Shown here in pieces: positions 1 to 14,130 of a stretch of DNA of 64,000 nt. The stretch is from the human T2T-CHM13v2.0 reference genome, Homo sapiens. The notes under the pieces were generated by a model. It did not search any database. It was not told where the DNA came from and was given only the letters and a program-made list of their open reading frames with translations. The stretch is taken from NCBI RefSeq assembly GCF_009914755.1, contig NC_060929.1; one strand, given 5' to 3'. Each line of letters begins with the position of its first letter. Positions within the stretch are counted from its first letter, which is position 1. The position numbers were made by a program, and so were the translations under genes.

Positions 1-490
1 GGATAAAATCCAGCTTCTTGCTATGGCTGCTCAGGCCCTGCTGCTCCGGCCTCTGACCGCATCTGTAGTCGTAGTCCCCTGCTCTCCCACCTGCTCGCCT
101 TTGGCTCCCAATGTAGCTCATCTACTCCCCGACATGTGCTCTACCTGGGTCCCCAGGCCTTAATGTGCCAGTCTGGGCCTCCCTGGCCAGGTCCTCCACG
201 TGCTTCAGGTGTCTACTGAGACATCATCTCCCCCAGCAAGCCTTCCCTGACCACCCTGCCCTCCTCAGCCTGAGTGGGTTCCTGTGGTGTCCTGTGCTTA
301 TGGATGTCTTGGTCCTAACCGTATCCCAGGACAGTCATCCATGTCCTTGGTGGCCTCCCCTCACCTACCCTACAGATGCATGAGCTCCTTTCAGGCTGTG
401 CCTGTGTGACCAGTTTACTGTTCTATCCTCCAGCGTCTAGCACACCTCCTGCCACACAATGCATGCCAAATAATGGATGGAAGAATGGAC
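1..490 (+). mobile_element. LINE L2 3' fragment
   Basis: Contains 'ccttccctgaccaccctg' and ends in an L2 3'-terminus-like 'ccagcgtctagcacacctcctgccacacaatgcatgccaaataatggatggaagaatgg'. Confidence 0.65.
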
Positions 491-504
491 ATGGGCTGTT
501 ACCA

Positions 505-682
505 CCAGATTGAAAAACCTGCACATACTAGAATCACCTGGGCACTCTCCCAGCCAACGGCTTCGGCTTCCTGGTGCCACCTTAGTCCTCCAGATTCAGC
601 ATTTCTATGGGTGGGCCGGGGAATCTGCATGTTTAACAAGCACACGCCCAGGTGATTATAATGCAAATTTGAGAACCTCTCA
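505..682. mobile_element. MER5-like hAT-Charlie DNA transposon fossil
   Basis: 'tagaatcacctggg...gaatctgcatgtttaacaagc...ccaggtgatt...tttgagaacc' matches recalled MER5A/B motifs. Confidence 0.7.
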
Positions 683-762
683 GTGATCTTTCCAAGCCCA
701 ACGTTTTACAAAACAGATAACTGATCCAGAGACAGTAAGTGAATTCTGTAAGATCTCAAACA

Positions 763-772
763 CTCTCTCGCG

Positions 773-821
<49 letters not shown>

Positions 822-845
822 ACCACAGAGAGAGAGGGAGAGAGA
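763..845. repeat. Compound microsatellite (CT)n(CA)n(GA)n
   Basis: Directly visible: CT run to ~796, CA run ~797-822, GA run ~827-845. Confidence 0.95.
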
Positions 846-1834
846 TTTCATTTATGAGATGACATGAACACCCAATGCTTTTCCCACTCCCACAAAGTAG
901 ACCTTCAAGAAAACCATGGTAGGCATAGGAGAATTTTTGTCTTTGTTTTAACCTTTGTCCTAAACAGATCTGATCTGGCGAATCTTCACATATTGTTTAT
1001 TTCCTTTCCATAGGAAGTGCTTAGCCTCCAAGTATGGGCTACTTATTTTTTAACAATTACTTTCACTCCAAGACGTACATAATTTTTTAAACATGGGAAT
1101 CCCTGATGTTTCATTTTTGTTTTGGAAATGATTTTTAGAGAAGATGAATTATCCTGTCTGATGCCATGAGATCTATTTTTATCATTTGGGATGTTGAGAC
1201 TAAAACTGACAACATATTTAGTATTGCTTATAGTACTCAGTGACACTGCCTCCCTTTGAAGCCCGCCAGAGAGCCACCATGCAGGAACATGAGTTACTAA
1301 TTAATTCAACCTGCTCACTGGGACAAAATGGGAAGGAAGAACCCACATTTGACACAGATAAAGTGGAGCATGTTCAAAGCGCCAGGACACCAAGGGATCA
1401 GGAAATTATGTCTCAAGGGAAGGGCTGAAGAAACTGCACATTTAGGTTTCCATGGAGGAAACTCAGTGGCTGTAAATGCCAGAAGTGCTGAAATAGGGGT
1501 GGGTAGGCTTGCAAGGAAAGTAGACCTGGACCTGAGGGTGGAAGTTACCAGGACAGACCTTCCGCTGGAATATGTGAAAGAACTTCCAAGCAAATGGAAT
1601 CCTGCAAATAAGCATCCTTAAAAGGGAGTTCCCACAGCAAGAGAAATGTTCAAAGCTGGAGCCATCTGATGGGGCTGTCACAGAATGTCCTGGGTGAGGA
1701 GTGGTCTGGACTAGAAGAAGTCCAGGTACCTTTCTGACAGACTCTGGGGTGAACACAAATGGCCACAGGACCAAGCCAGTGACCTGAATGAGTCAGTCAT
1801 TACTCAGCTCCAGCCAATTGCTTGGGAATGTGGG

Positions 1835-1992
1835 TCCAGCAAGGCCAGATCCTTCTTCTGATTTTTCAAGAAAAGACAGACTTGTGGATTTTTAAAAATA
1901 TGGACTGTCCTGAGTTTTAAATATCATGCAGGCCAAATAAAGCCATCTGTGCCTGCAGGGTCTTGATTGTGACCTGCCAGTTTGACCCCTCT
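1835..1992 (-). mobile_element. MER102-like hAT-Charlie fragment
   Basis: 'gatttttcaagaaaagacagacttgtggattttt...ggccaaataaagccatctgtgcctgcag...ctgccagtttgacccctctg'; a related copy in the opposite orientation lies at ~56610-56760. Confidence 0.5.
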
Positions 1993-2909
1993 GTTCCAGG
2001 ATTCTCAGGGTTATGTGCACTTTTGTCCTTCACAAGTAAGATAAATGAAATAGGTAGGGATTTTCCTCCTATTCAACAGATGGGCAAGTCAGGACACCGG
2101 GAGGTTAAGGGACTTCTAGATAGACGCACTCTTATAATATAAGGTAATGTTATAACAGACAAGGGCTAGAATCAGGGTACGTGGGTGAATAGGTAGTTAT
2201 GTCCCTCGGCTGCTCCACTGACATTTCATTTTTTAGCTCTTCTCTTAAAATAATATTTGCTGAAGGGAGCACTGGGAAGGCCCCATACTTCCTATATGAC
2301 TGGAGCAGGGAATTCTGCCTCCCAGGGGCTCTGGGGTGAGGGGTATCCTCCCTGCACCGCTCCGGGGGTTAGGGTGCCCCTGAGTTGTGCCTTACTGAGT
2401 CTGCACATCCTGCACAGAGCTCCTGCCTGGAGCCATTCTAAAACTCAGCCGCTCCTATTCCCCAAGGATCTGTGTCTTTAGGCCTCCAGCCATGCCTGAA
2501 ATTTCACCATTATAAGCCTGCTTTTGGGTGAAGGCTTCACAGGCACCCAGGAATCACTTTCACAGTGAACACAGGAAAAGAAAAAAAACCACAGGAATGC
2601 AACCTGACATCTCTCTCAGGCTCTAAGTATTGGACTGCCAGGACTTGGGTACTGAAAAAATTAGTTTTGCCACGAAGGCAACCTCAAAAAGCCAGTCATC
2701 TTCAAGCCACATTTACAGCACTCCGCAGTGCGACTTGAGGCCTGTCTGCCTAGCTTCCTGCTTCTTGGCCTTCCTGCCACTCTTTATGCTGACACCGCGC
2801 TTACAGTAGCAGCTTTCAGACCAACTTGAGGCCTTGCTTACTTTGCCAGTGGACTGCCTGCTTGTTTTTTAAAGGATTTTTTTTTTAAGTATTGGTACTT
2901 TTTTTTCCG

Positions 2910-3870
2910 TGAAGCTTAGTTGAAGTATATTTGAATTACAATAAACTGCACATTTTAAAAGTGTGCAACTTGATCAATTTTAACATATATATAAACCTGT
3001 GAAGCCATCATCACAGTCAAGAGAATGAACCTTTCTATCACCTCCAAAAGGTTCTTTGTGCCCCTTTGTTACCCATTCCTCTCTGTGTCCCCTAATAACC
3101 ACCTGCCTGCTTTTTGTCTTTCTGGATGAGTTTACATTTTCTAGAAATTTGTATTGAAGGAATAATATAGTATGTGTTCCTTTTTGCCTGTTTTTTTTTT
3201 TTTTACTCAGCATGATGCTTTTTGACATTCATCCATGTTCTTGTGTGTATCAACAGTGCATTCTTTATTGCTGAGTAGTAGACCATTACATGGATAGACT
3301 AATTCATTTATTCATTTACCTGTTGATGGACATTTGGATTGTTTCTAGCTTTGGGTTATTACAAATAAAGCTGTTATAAACATTTGTATACAAGTCTTTG
3401 TGTATATATATGTTTTTGTTTTTCTTGGGTAAATACTTAGGAATGGAATGGCTGGATTGTATGATATATATATATCTTTCTAAGAAACTGCCAAATTGTT
3501 TTCCAAAGTGGCTGTATCATGTTGCATTCCCACCATCAGTGTATAAGAGTCTGGCTGCTCCGCATCCTCACCAACACTTAGAATGGTCAGTCTTTAATTT
3601 TAGCCATTCTGGTAGATGTGAAGAAGTGACATCTTAATGTCTCACATGAAATTTACATTCTGCCATGAAGAGCATCTCTTCATGTGTTTATTGGCCGTTT
3701 TATGTCTTTTGTGAAGTATCTGTTAAAATCTTTTGCCATTTTTTAATTGGATTGTCTTGTTGAGTTTTAAGAATGTTTTATGTATTCTGCCTACAAGTCT
3801 TTTGTCTAATATATGTTTTGTGAATATATTCTCCCAATCTGTGGCTTGCCTTTTTGTTTTCCTAATAAGG
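2910..3870 (-). mobile_element. Old LINE-1 (L1MB/L1MC class) 3' end
   Basis: 'ataaactgcacattttaaaagtg', 'gatggacatttggattgtttc', 'ttgggtaaatacttaggaatggaatggctggat', 'ttttccaaagtggctgtatc' are typical antisense L1M 3' region. Confidence 0.85.
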
Positions 3871-4179
3871 TATCAGTATCATCTGGCAAAATCTAGAGCA
3901 TATGGGGTTTCCAGGGATAAGTAAGACATTGAAATTTAACAAATGTAGTAAACCTTAAGAATCCCGTGGAACCTGAATGTGGTACCAACATGAATATTTA
4001 TCATATTAACTCTGAGTTTGGATATTATTTTGCATAATTTGAGAAAAACACTGTGTAGGGCACCGTACTAGGTGCTAGAAGAGATGGAAGGAAAGGTACA
4101 GACATAATCAGACATGGACACTGTTCTCAGGATGCCCTCATCTGTGGAGGGAGAGGCGTAAGGCATGCATTCTAATACT

Positions 4180-4380
4180 AATCATTATTGCATGCGTGAT
4201 CTGCTTTATTGGCTTGATAATCCTCAGAACAACCCTCTGAGGTAGATTGTCCTAATTTGGCAGATGTGGAAACAGGCTTAGAGAAGTTAAGTCACTTCCC
4301 CAGTTCGTACAGCTAGGACATGGGGGACCTGGATTCAATCCCAATACTGTCTGACTTTGAAGGCCCCATTCTTAACCTTT
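4180..4380 (-). mobile_element. MIR
   Basis: MIR core 'cagatgtggaaacaggcttagagaagttaagtcacttcccc...ggattcaatccc...tctgactttg'. Confidence 0.8.
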
Positions 4381-4592
4381 GGGCTAAATTGCCTCTCTAG
4401 TATAAGGTAGACTGTATTAAGGAACTATAAGCAAGTTATAAACAGAGCATTGTAGAGCAAGAAGTGAACATTTATTTTTGGCTCTGTGCCAGAAAGCACC
4501 ATGAAGGGGTTAGCATTTGAGCTAGGCCTTGAAGGATGTACTTAACCTTGGCAACAAAGATGACAGAAAGGGAATAACAATTGGAGGGAGCA

Positions 4593-4910
<318 letters not shown>

Positions 4911-5554
4911 AACAATTGGAGGGAGCAGCATAAGTAATGATGCAGAGGTGGGAATGGTCCTGGGATCTGTTGACTATAGCCTCATTTTCCTTAAGGGGAA
5001 CAGAGAGAAAAGGCGATTAAAATCTATTCTCAAAAGTCCTTGAAATTTGGGCTTAGAAGTTTGAATTTGATTCCAGAGGCAATAGTGATCCACTGAAGCA
5101 TTTGAGCAGCGGGGAGGGGAAGTATTATAGAAGGTTGTGTGTCCTAGAAGGACAAGGAAGTAGAGGAGGTACAGAGAACCGTTGGGGATCTTGTGGTCCC
5201 CACTGTAAGTGTTGGGGCCCCCAGCTAGGTCATTAGCCACAGAAATGGACAAGAAAGGATAAATACATAATCCAAAAGTAGTAGCCACCTTCCCCATTCA
5301 TCATTCTTATTCTATCAATTCTTCTATAATCTGGGACTAATTTGACCCAGTCTCTTGCTTCCTCCTTCTTCCTCGTCCATCTGTATTTTGCATACTTCAT
5401 TGCTCTCAGACGTAACAAGGGAGAAGAGAGAAACTCAATTTGTCCAGCTTGTAATTTGTTGGCTAATTCTGATAAATGAGGTGGTTCCTGGAAAAGGCAG
5501 AAACTTTTGGCTAAAATGAAGTTTTATACTATTTGTACATTTATTTATTCATTC

Positions 5555-6347
<793 letters not shown>

Positions 6348-6658
6348 TTTTTTTTTTTTTTTAAAGGCAGGGTCTCACTCTGTCGCCCAGGCTGGAGTGC
6401 AGTGGAATGATCATGGCTCACTGCAGCCTTGACCTCCTGGGCTCAAGTAGTCCTCCCAACTCAGCCTCCTGAGTAGCTGGGACTACGGGCATGTGCCACC
6501 ACACTTGGCTAATTTTTTTTTTTATTATTTTTATCTTTTGTTGAGATGAGGTCTCACTGTGTTGCCCAGGTTGGTCTTGAATTCCTGAGCTCAAGCGATC
6601 CTCCCACCTCGGATTCCCAAAGTGTTAGGATTACAGGTGTGAGCCACTATGCCCAGCC
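6348..6658 (-). mobile_element. AluJ
   Basis: J-type 'gatcatggctcactgcagccttgacctcctgggctcaag' and 'gtctcactgtgttgcccagg'. Confidence 0.9.
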
Positions 6659-6854
6659 AAAGTTCACATTTTAATGGAGGATTCGTTCTGCCATCTTCTT
6701 TTGGATTTTCTTTTTGTCTTACCTTTCTATGTTCCTTTTCCTCTGCTTTCTTTCCTTTGGATTTTTTTCTCATTTTACTTTTTCCCTCTCATCTGCTAAA
6801 AGAGTTTCGTATTATTTCTCTACTTTGAATAGTTAACCAAGAAATTTAACATGC

Positions 6855-7105
6855 CATTGTTTTCACTCATAGGTGGGAATTGAACAATGAGGACACTTGG
6901 ACACAGGAAGGGGAACATCACACACCGGGGCCTGTTGTGGGGTAGGGGAAGGGGGGAGGGATAGCATTAGGAGATATACCTAATGTTAAATGACGAGTTA
7001 ATGGGTGCAGCACACCAACATGGCACATGTATATATATGTAACAGACCTGCGCATTGTGCACATGTACCATAAAACTTAAAGTATAATAAAAAAAGGAAA
7101 AAAAA
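6855..7105 (+). mobile_element. 5'-truncated L1PA (PA4-like) 3' UTR with 16-bp TSD
   Basis: 'cactcataggtgggaattgaacaatgag...taatgttaaatgacgagttaatgggtgcagcacaccaacatggc' plus poly(A); TSD AAGAAATTTAACATGC at 6839-6854 and 7106-7121. Confidence 0.95.
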
Positions 7106-7299
7106 AAGAAATTTAACATGCATTCTTGAATCTAAAATTAATTAATTTTTTATAGCTAATACAGGGAACTTAGCATATCAGCTTTGATCACCATACTTTG
7201 ACCTATATATGCTATGGTTGTCATGTATTTTAGTTATATTTTTTAATTTCCTAAGACTATAGTATTACTGTTTTCTACAGACCTTCCAAGGGGAATCAC

Positions 7300-7600
7300 A
7301 TTCCTTCTGCCTGAAGCTTATTCTTTTAAATTTCCTTCAGCAAGGGCTCTTGATAGCAAACTCTCCATGTTTGCTTGGGAATATCTTTATTTCTCTCCTG
7401 TTCTTGCTGGGTATATGATTCTAGTTGACAGTGTTTACTCTCAGTATATTCAATATATTATTCTACTGCATTCTGGTTTCCATTATAGCTGCTGAGAAGT
7501 CAGGGGTCATCTAATGATTATTGCTTTAAATGACATCTGTCTTTTATCCAGCTACTTTTAAGATGTTATCTCTGTTTTCAGTGTTCTGTACTTTCACCAT
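7300..7600 (-). mobile_element. Ancient L1ME fragment
   Basis: 'cttgctgggtatatgattctagttgacagtg...ttctggtttccattatagctgctgagaagtcag'. Confidence 0.6.
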
Positions 7601-7609
7601 AATGTAGAT

Positions 7610-9365
7610 TTTTAAAAATAGCTTTACTGCCATATAAATGACATAAATTAAACTGCGTGTTTAAAGTATTCAATTTTGTAAGTTTTCACATATCTATACA
7701 CCCATGAAAACATCACCACCTCAAGAAAATGACTATATCCATCATCCCCTAGAATTTCCTCGTGTCCCTTTGCATTTGTAACCTCTCCCTCCTGTCCCTC
7801 CTGCACCTCCTCTAATCCCAGGCAACCACTGCCCTCTATCACCATAGATTAGTTTGTATTTTCTAGAGTTTTATACAAATGGAATCATACGGTATGTACT
7901 CTTTAAAAAAAAAAAAACTTCCTTTTTTCAGTGACCATGATTATTTTGAGATTCATTCATGTAGCATGTATCAATAGTTTGTTCCCTTTTTATTGGGAAA
8001 TAATATTCCTTTGTGTGGTTATACCATGGTTTACTTTTCCATTTACCTGTTGATGGACATGTGGGTTGTTTCTAGTTTTGTGCTATTACAAAGTTACCGT
8101 GAAATTCATGTACAAGTCTTTCTGTGACCATATGCTTTTATTTCTCTTGGGTAAATACCCAGGAGTAGAATGGCTGGATTATGTGTATATTTAACTGTGG
8201 TGGCACCATTTTACATTCCCAGCAGCAGTATATGAGAATTTCAGTTTCCCCACATCCTCACCAACACTTAGTATGATCAGTCTTTTAAATTTTAGCCTTT
8301 CTAATATGTATGTGGTGATATCTTAACGTGGTTTTAATCTTAATGTGTTCTCTAATGAACAATGATACTGAGCATCTTTTTGCATGCTTATTTCCCTCTG
8401 TACATCTTTTTTTTGTTATGTGTCTGTTAATACCTTTGACCATTTGAAAAATTTGGTTGTTGGTTTCTTATTACTGAATTTTGAGAGTCCTTTATATTCT
8501 ATATACAAGTATTTTATCAGAGATATGTTTCTGCAGTATTTTTTTCCCAGCCTCTGGCTTGTCTTTTATTCTTTTAATAGTGTCCTTTGAAGAGCAGAAG
8601 TTGTAACTTTTGATGCAGTTTGATTGATCAATTTGTTCTTTTATGTATTATGCTTTTGGTGTTGTATCTAAGATGTCTTTGCCTAACCATAAGTCCCAAG
8701 GTTTTTTTTTTTCCCTTATGTTTTCTCCTAGATGTTTTATGATTTTAGACTTTACATTTAGATTTGTGATCCATTTTGAGTTAATTTTTGTATGTGGTTG
8801 ATATAGTTTGGATATCTGTCTCCACTGAAATCTCATGTTGAACTGTAATCCCCAGTGCTGGAGGTGGGGCTTGGTGGGAGGTGTTTGGATCATGGAGGTG
8901 GATCCCTCATGGCTTGGTGCTGTCTTCATGATAGTGAGTTCTTGCAAGATCTGGTTGTTTAAAACTGTGTGGCACCTCCCCTCCCAGCCATTTTCTCTCG
9001 CTCCTACATTCTCCATGTGATGTGCCTGCTCCTACTTCACCTTCCACCATGATTGTAAGCTTCCTGAGGCCTCCCTAGAAGCCAAACAGATGCTGGCACC
9101 ATGCTTCCTGTAAAGCCTTCGGAACCGTGAGCCAATTAAACCTCTTCTCTTTATAAATTACCCAGTCTCAAGTATGTCTTTATAGCAATGCAAGAATGGC
9201 CTACCACAGTGGTATAAAGTATGGATCAAAGTTCTTGTTTTTCTACTGATACTCAGTTGTTCTGGTATCATTGGTTGAGTAGACTATCATTTCTCCAGTA
9301 ATTCCTTTTGCATCTTTGTCAAAAATTAGTTGCCCATATATGCATATGTATATGAACTCATATTT
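7610..9365 (-). mobile_element. L1MB/L1MC 3' portion, interrupted by an MST LTR
   Basis: Antisense L1M 3' UTR/ORF2 end; ORF 8648-9016 ends in L1-like 'PHTKINSKWITNLNVKSKIIKHLGENI'; ORF 9243-9446 contains 'IYGQLIFDKDAK'. Confidence 0.85.
8799..9208 (+). mobile_element. MaLR solo LTR (MSTA/MSTB-like) with 5-bp TSD
   Basis: TG...CA ends: 'tgatatagtttggatat...aaatctcatgttgaactgtaatcccc' to 'tttatagcaatgcaagaatggcctaccaca'; TSD GTGGT at 8794-8798 and 9209-9213. Confidence 0.93.
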
Positions 9366-10401
9366 CTTGGAAACTTCTCTGGGGATCCTTCGAGGGCTAG
9401 GTAAAGGCGGGCTCCTCCAGTAAAGATTGGCATTTGCTTCTGCCATGTGCCTAATAAAATCACTTTACATTAAATTTTCAGTTTGAAGTTTGTCAGATCT
9501 CCCAGGTACTCTGATTATGGACCAAAAACCTGTACGAGAGCTGGCATAGTAACAAATTCTCAAGAGAGATTCCTTCCCATCCCATTTACTCTTTGCCAGA
9601 ATTGGGGGGTTTATTTCTCACTCACAGTAAGGATGGCGGGAGTCCCAATTGTATGTGGGTGGTGGTATAGAGTGAACTGCCAAACTCCCACCTTGCGTGG
9701 ACTCTGGGCTTTGTTCTCTGTGTCCTGTGTTCTAAGAGGATGTGCAAATCCACATTCAAGTTAACCTGGTTTAGTAAACGCCCTCAAAATGAAAGCCAGT
9801 TTCAGTTCTCCACTTAACTCTGGGTTCTCATTTTCATTTGGTTTTTGGTTTCTGATTATTTCTTACTTTCTTGCAAGTTTGTCCATGCGTTTTAAAAATG
9901 TGATTTTGCTTTTGCTTTTAATTCTGCCTTTTTCATTGTTTTCACCTAGTGGGTTGGCCAGGGTATTCTACCATACTGCTGGAAATGGAGGTTGGGTCTT
10001 GGTCTTTTTATATTGTTAGGAATGTTTCTTCTCTGGTAACGTGGGATTGATTGCATTTTTGTTAGTTTTTGTTTCCATTTCTTTTGGTAAGCACTAGAGA
10101 ACCAGAGGAGGAAGGTACTTACTTTTCCTATATTGGTCGTCTGTACATTGTGGTATTATCACCACCTAATGAACTCCTGGGCTTTACATCTTTCCCTCTT
10201 ACTAAATCATCTGTGCCAAATGAGTTGAAGTTTTATTTTAGTGTGATTAAAATTCCTGCACTACACCACATCTAGAGTTAATTTCTTATCTACTTGCATA
10301 GTATGCTCTACCTCTCTTTTAGATTATTTAGTATAATTAAAACAATATGATTATTTGTATGACTATTGATTTTAATCTTCCCTGCAAAGATTGTAAGTTC
10401 C

Positions 10402-10699
10402 TGCCGGACGTGGTGGCTCATGCCTGTAATCCCAGCACTTTGGGAGGCTGAGGCAGGTGGATCACGAGGTCAGGAGATCGAGACCATCTTGGCTAACATG
10501 GTGAAACCCCATCTCTACTAAAAATACAAAAAAAAAAATTCGCCGGGCATGGTGGCGGGTGCCTGTAGTCCCAGCTACTTGGGAGGCTGAGGCAGGAGAG
10601 TGGCGTGAACCCAGGAGGCGCACCTTGCGGTGAGCCGAGAATGCGCCACTGTACTCCAGCCTGGGCGACAGAGTGAGACTCCATCTCAAAAAAAAAAAA
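10402..10699 (+). mobile_element. AluY inserted in an L2 3' end
   Basis: 'gatcacgaggtcaggagatcgagaccatcttggctaac', 'ggcgtgaaccc'; TSD AAGATTGTAAGTTCC (10387-10401) / AAGAATCTAAGTTCC (10698-10712); L2 tail 'gaatgaatgaatgaat' at ~10823. Confidence 0.93.
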
Positions 10700-13109
10700 G
10701 AATCTAAGTTCCATGCAATCACGGACCAGGACAGTCTTACTCCTTCCGTAGTATCCCTACTTTCTGGCACAGTCCCTGGCATATAAAGAGCATTTGATAA
10801 ACAAAGTGAATGAATGAATGAATAACAGGGTTTGTCAGGATACATTGAGGAAGCAGACATCTGTGATAACTTTGTTTGGTCCAACAGCCATCTGTGGAGC
10901 CCCTACTCTGTGTCAGTCTCCATGCTGGGCACCTTTGGAAAATGCAGAGATGAGTAAAACACAAGTCTCACTCTCAAGGGATCTTCAGTCCAGTGGGAAA
11001 AAGGCAGTGTTCCCATTACTGGAATTTCCATATTCAAATAATAAATTTTTTGTTTTGTGAATAGACTTGTGTTGAGGTAGAACCTCACTGTTGATCAGCT
11101 ATCCAGGTTTTAAATACTATAATCCTGTGTACGCAAAGCTTTATGTCCCTGAAACAGTCTCAGGTAGGTACCTTATGTGATGCTCAAACTCCTATGTCAA
11201 ACCTCTCTTCAGTCCAGTTGACTATCAAGTGCCTCTCTACGCCCAGAAGTGTATCAAGTCATTTGGGGAATACTAAGTTTAAAAGAAAACCTAAGTTCCT
11301 GTCCCCAAGGGGTTTACTAGTTACGGAGTGTGGAGATTGTGGGCAGCAACCACTGGGCCTGCCTGTAGAAGCCCTAAGTGGACACAAGTAGAAAATTCCT
11401 GGGCCCTGCAGCACAGGGCACAGATAAGGGGACACTGCCCCTTGGTATGCAGCAAGACTTTCAAGGCTCCAAATCTGCACCATAGGCTTCTGTGTCTGGC
11501 TTATGAGTAGCAGCTTTATGGTCTTAGAAGTTGTTTTCTAGGTCTGATGGGACTAGAGAGATAACAGGTAACAAGCCCACAGTTCTGTGCTTCTGAGACT
11601 TGTGAGCCTCTCTTGCATAGGACCACCTACATCCCTGGGCTCAAGATGTGCCTCTGAGAAGACACAAGTCAGATAGGAGCTGTATGTGCCCACAGCATCC
11701 TTTCCTCCTGTGCACTTCCTCTGCACCACTTACTAGCAGCTTCTGGAGTAAACCAAAGGTCAGTGACCCTGAACCTAATCCAGGTCACAGTTCTTATTCT
11801 TTCTGGAATCCAGGCCAGTCCTGGGGTCTGACCTAGACCAGGAAGAGCAGATGTACCATTTGGTAAATAAAAGAAAGTCAAGCTTATTTGACATTTTTTG
11901 TTCATGTGACTTCACAGAGATGGCAAGGCATACACCAGACAAGGCGGGTCCCTGCAGCTTCTGAGGACGCCACGAACCAGCTTTGTGAACGTTGGCTGCC
12001 TGGCCTTCCTAGGCCTCCTTGTCCTTATATATAGATGAGAGAAATAGGCTAGAGCTGTGATTCTTTTCCTGTGGTTCACAGACCTGTTTCTGTGGCTAAA
12101 ATTTTTACCAGTCCAAGGGAAAATGAGGAGAGAGTGGTGAGTTTTTCAGAAAGCTGTGTGTTACTGATCCTGAGTGGACATCTTTCCAAGTTGGTATAAT
12201 GCATCCTCTTATTTTATAAAATGGTAGTAATAGCAGACGGTAGGTTGTTTGCCTTCTTGGTTGGTTTGAATGTATATACTGCACAGAACACAAAGCTGAT
12301 AACATCGTCTCTTCCCAACACCACTTTTTTGGGAAAATCTTTTCAAGCCCATTGAATTCAGAAGTCAGAAATGCCAGGTTAGATGACTTCGAAATTGGAC
12401 AACCTCAAGTTTTCCTGATGTATGGGTTATGAGAGGGTGGGAGACACTTTTCTGTTCTTATTAGCTGTGAAGTTGGGTTTTGGTTTATTTTTGATTTTAT
12501 TTTTTACCATGCTCAAACCCCTGTCTCAGCCCTCTTTTTAGTCCTGTTAACTATCAAGTGCCTCTCTCTGCCCAGGGGTATATCAAGTCATTTGGGGAAT
12601 ACTACGTTTGAATTAGAGTGAACCCCAGTCTCCTGTGGGGGTGATGAGGCCATTGTGGGACAACATCTTGGTCTCTTATCTCAAGGCCATACATGTTTGT
12701 AGGTCATGAGTTTGGCATGAGCTTAATTGCTGGCACATCTCTACCTCTATGTGCCTTTGTAGCTCTCTGGGATACAGAAAAGTCCTTTGATACTTACGTA
12801 CTTGTCTTTGTTGGTAATCCAGAAACCCAGGTTTTGGGGCCCATCAGCTTTTCTGCACAGGATCCTGCATACAGTCCAGTTGTGGATTAGCCTCAGCCCA
12901 AAGAGCCTGTTAAGTCACATGTCCTCACTGTATATCAGCTCAAAGAAATGCTGCAGGCATGGATGGCCCTCTGCCCTCCAGGGGGAGAGAGCCAGGAGCT
13001 CAGCAAACTACCAAACAGTGACCTATGAGAACCTTTAAGGCAGTGGGAATAAACTAAAGGAAAGATATTATAAGCAGATTTTTATAGAAAGTAAGTTGAA
13101 AGCCACCCC

Positions 13110-13315
13110 ACAGGCCCACCTCTACCTCTTAGTGCTGTGTGGCTCCAGGCAAGCCACTTAACCTCTCTAGGTCTTTTCTTTTATTTTCATCCTTAATAAA
13201 AACAGAATGCTGTTATCTGTCCTTTTAGTTGCTTATTGTAAGGTTAATTGGCTATTATATGTGCTTTGGTTATTATGAGTAAGATACTGTGAGCTTGATA
13301 ATGGTCAAATGCAAG
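13110..13315 (+). mobile_element. MIR
   Basis: 'gctgtgtggctccaggcaagccacttaacctctct'. Confidence 0.6.
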
Positions 13316-13319
13316 TAGG

Positions 13320-13703
13320 ATTCATTTACTTATTCAATACACTTGTGGCTAATGCCTGCTATGTGCCAGGCATCTTTCTGTGTAGTGGTGAGAAAACCAT
13401 ATATAGCCTTCAGGAAGCTTACATTCCAGTGGGGTGGTGGGGGAACAGACAATAAACAAGCAAACAAATAAATAAAACAGTGATAATAGGTGCTATGAAG
13501 GAAACAAATAGGCTGGCATAAGGGTCAGGGGAGGAGGTTAGAAAAGGTTTCTCTTAAGATATGAGGGTCAGGTTGTGATCCAAAGCCAGGAAGAAGCCTG
13601 GGGAAGAATGTCCAGCCAGCAGGCTCAGCAAGTACAGGGGTCATGAGGCTGCAAAGGGCTGTCTTGCTTGAAGACGAGAAAGAGTGCAGTGTGGCAGGAG
13701 CAT
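13320..13703 (-). mobile_element. L2a 3' fragment
   Basis: 'attcatttacttattcaatac...gcctgctatgtgccagg...gaagcttacattccagtgggg...acagacaataaacaag...gtgctatgaaggaaa'. Confidence 0.8.
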
Positions 13704-13889
13704 CGTGACAAGTAACAGACATGTGGTCAATTTCAAAAAGTGTTGAGTAGCTACAACTTGTTTTCATGCATTTCTTCCTATTTTTCAAGCTTATTTGTCT
13801 TTGGGAACAAAATTAATTTATAGATATGTTCTGGATATTAAAATCATTCTTTAAAATATCTTTAGAATATGGAAGGGAGAATTACTCTA

Positions 13890-14130
13890 GAGTAGTTAAC
13901 AGAGTATATATGGCCTGTAGAGTCAGTTAGCCCCAGGTTCACATCAGCTATGCCACTTACAAGGTCGCTGATCTTGGACAAGTTACTCAGCCTTTCTGGG
14001 CCTCAGTTTCCTTATCTGTAAAATGGGGATAATAATCTCTGAGCTCCATTCTTCAGAAGATTGTTATAAAAAAATTTTAACAAAATGATAAATATGAAAA
14101 TGGTTGGGATGCTTAAAGGACATTGTTAAT
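13890..14130 (+). mobile_element. MIR
   Basis: 'cttggacaagttactcagcctttctgggcctcagtttccttatctgtaaaatggggataataat'. Confidence 0.85.
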
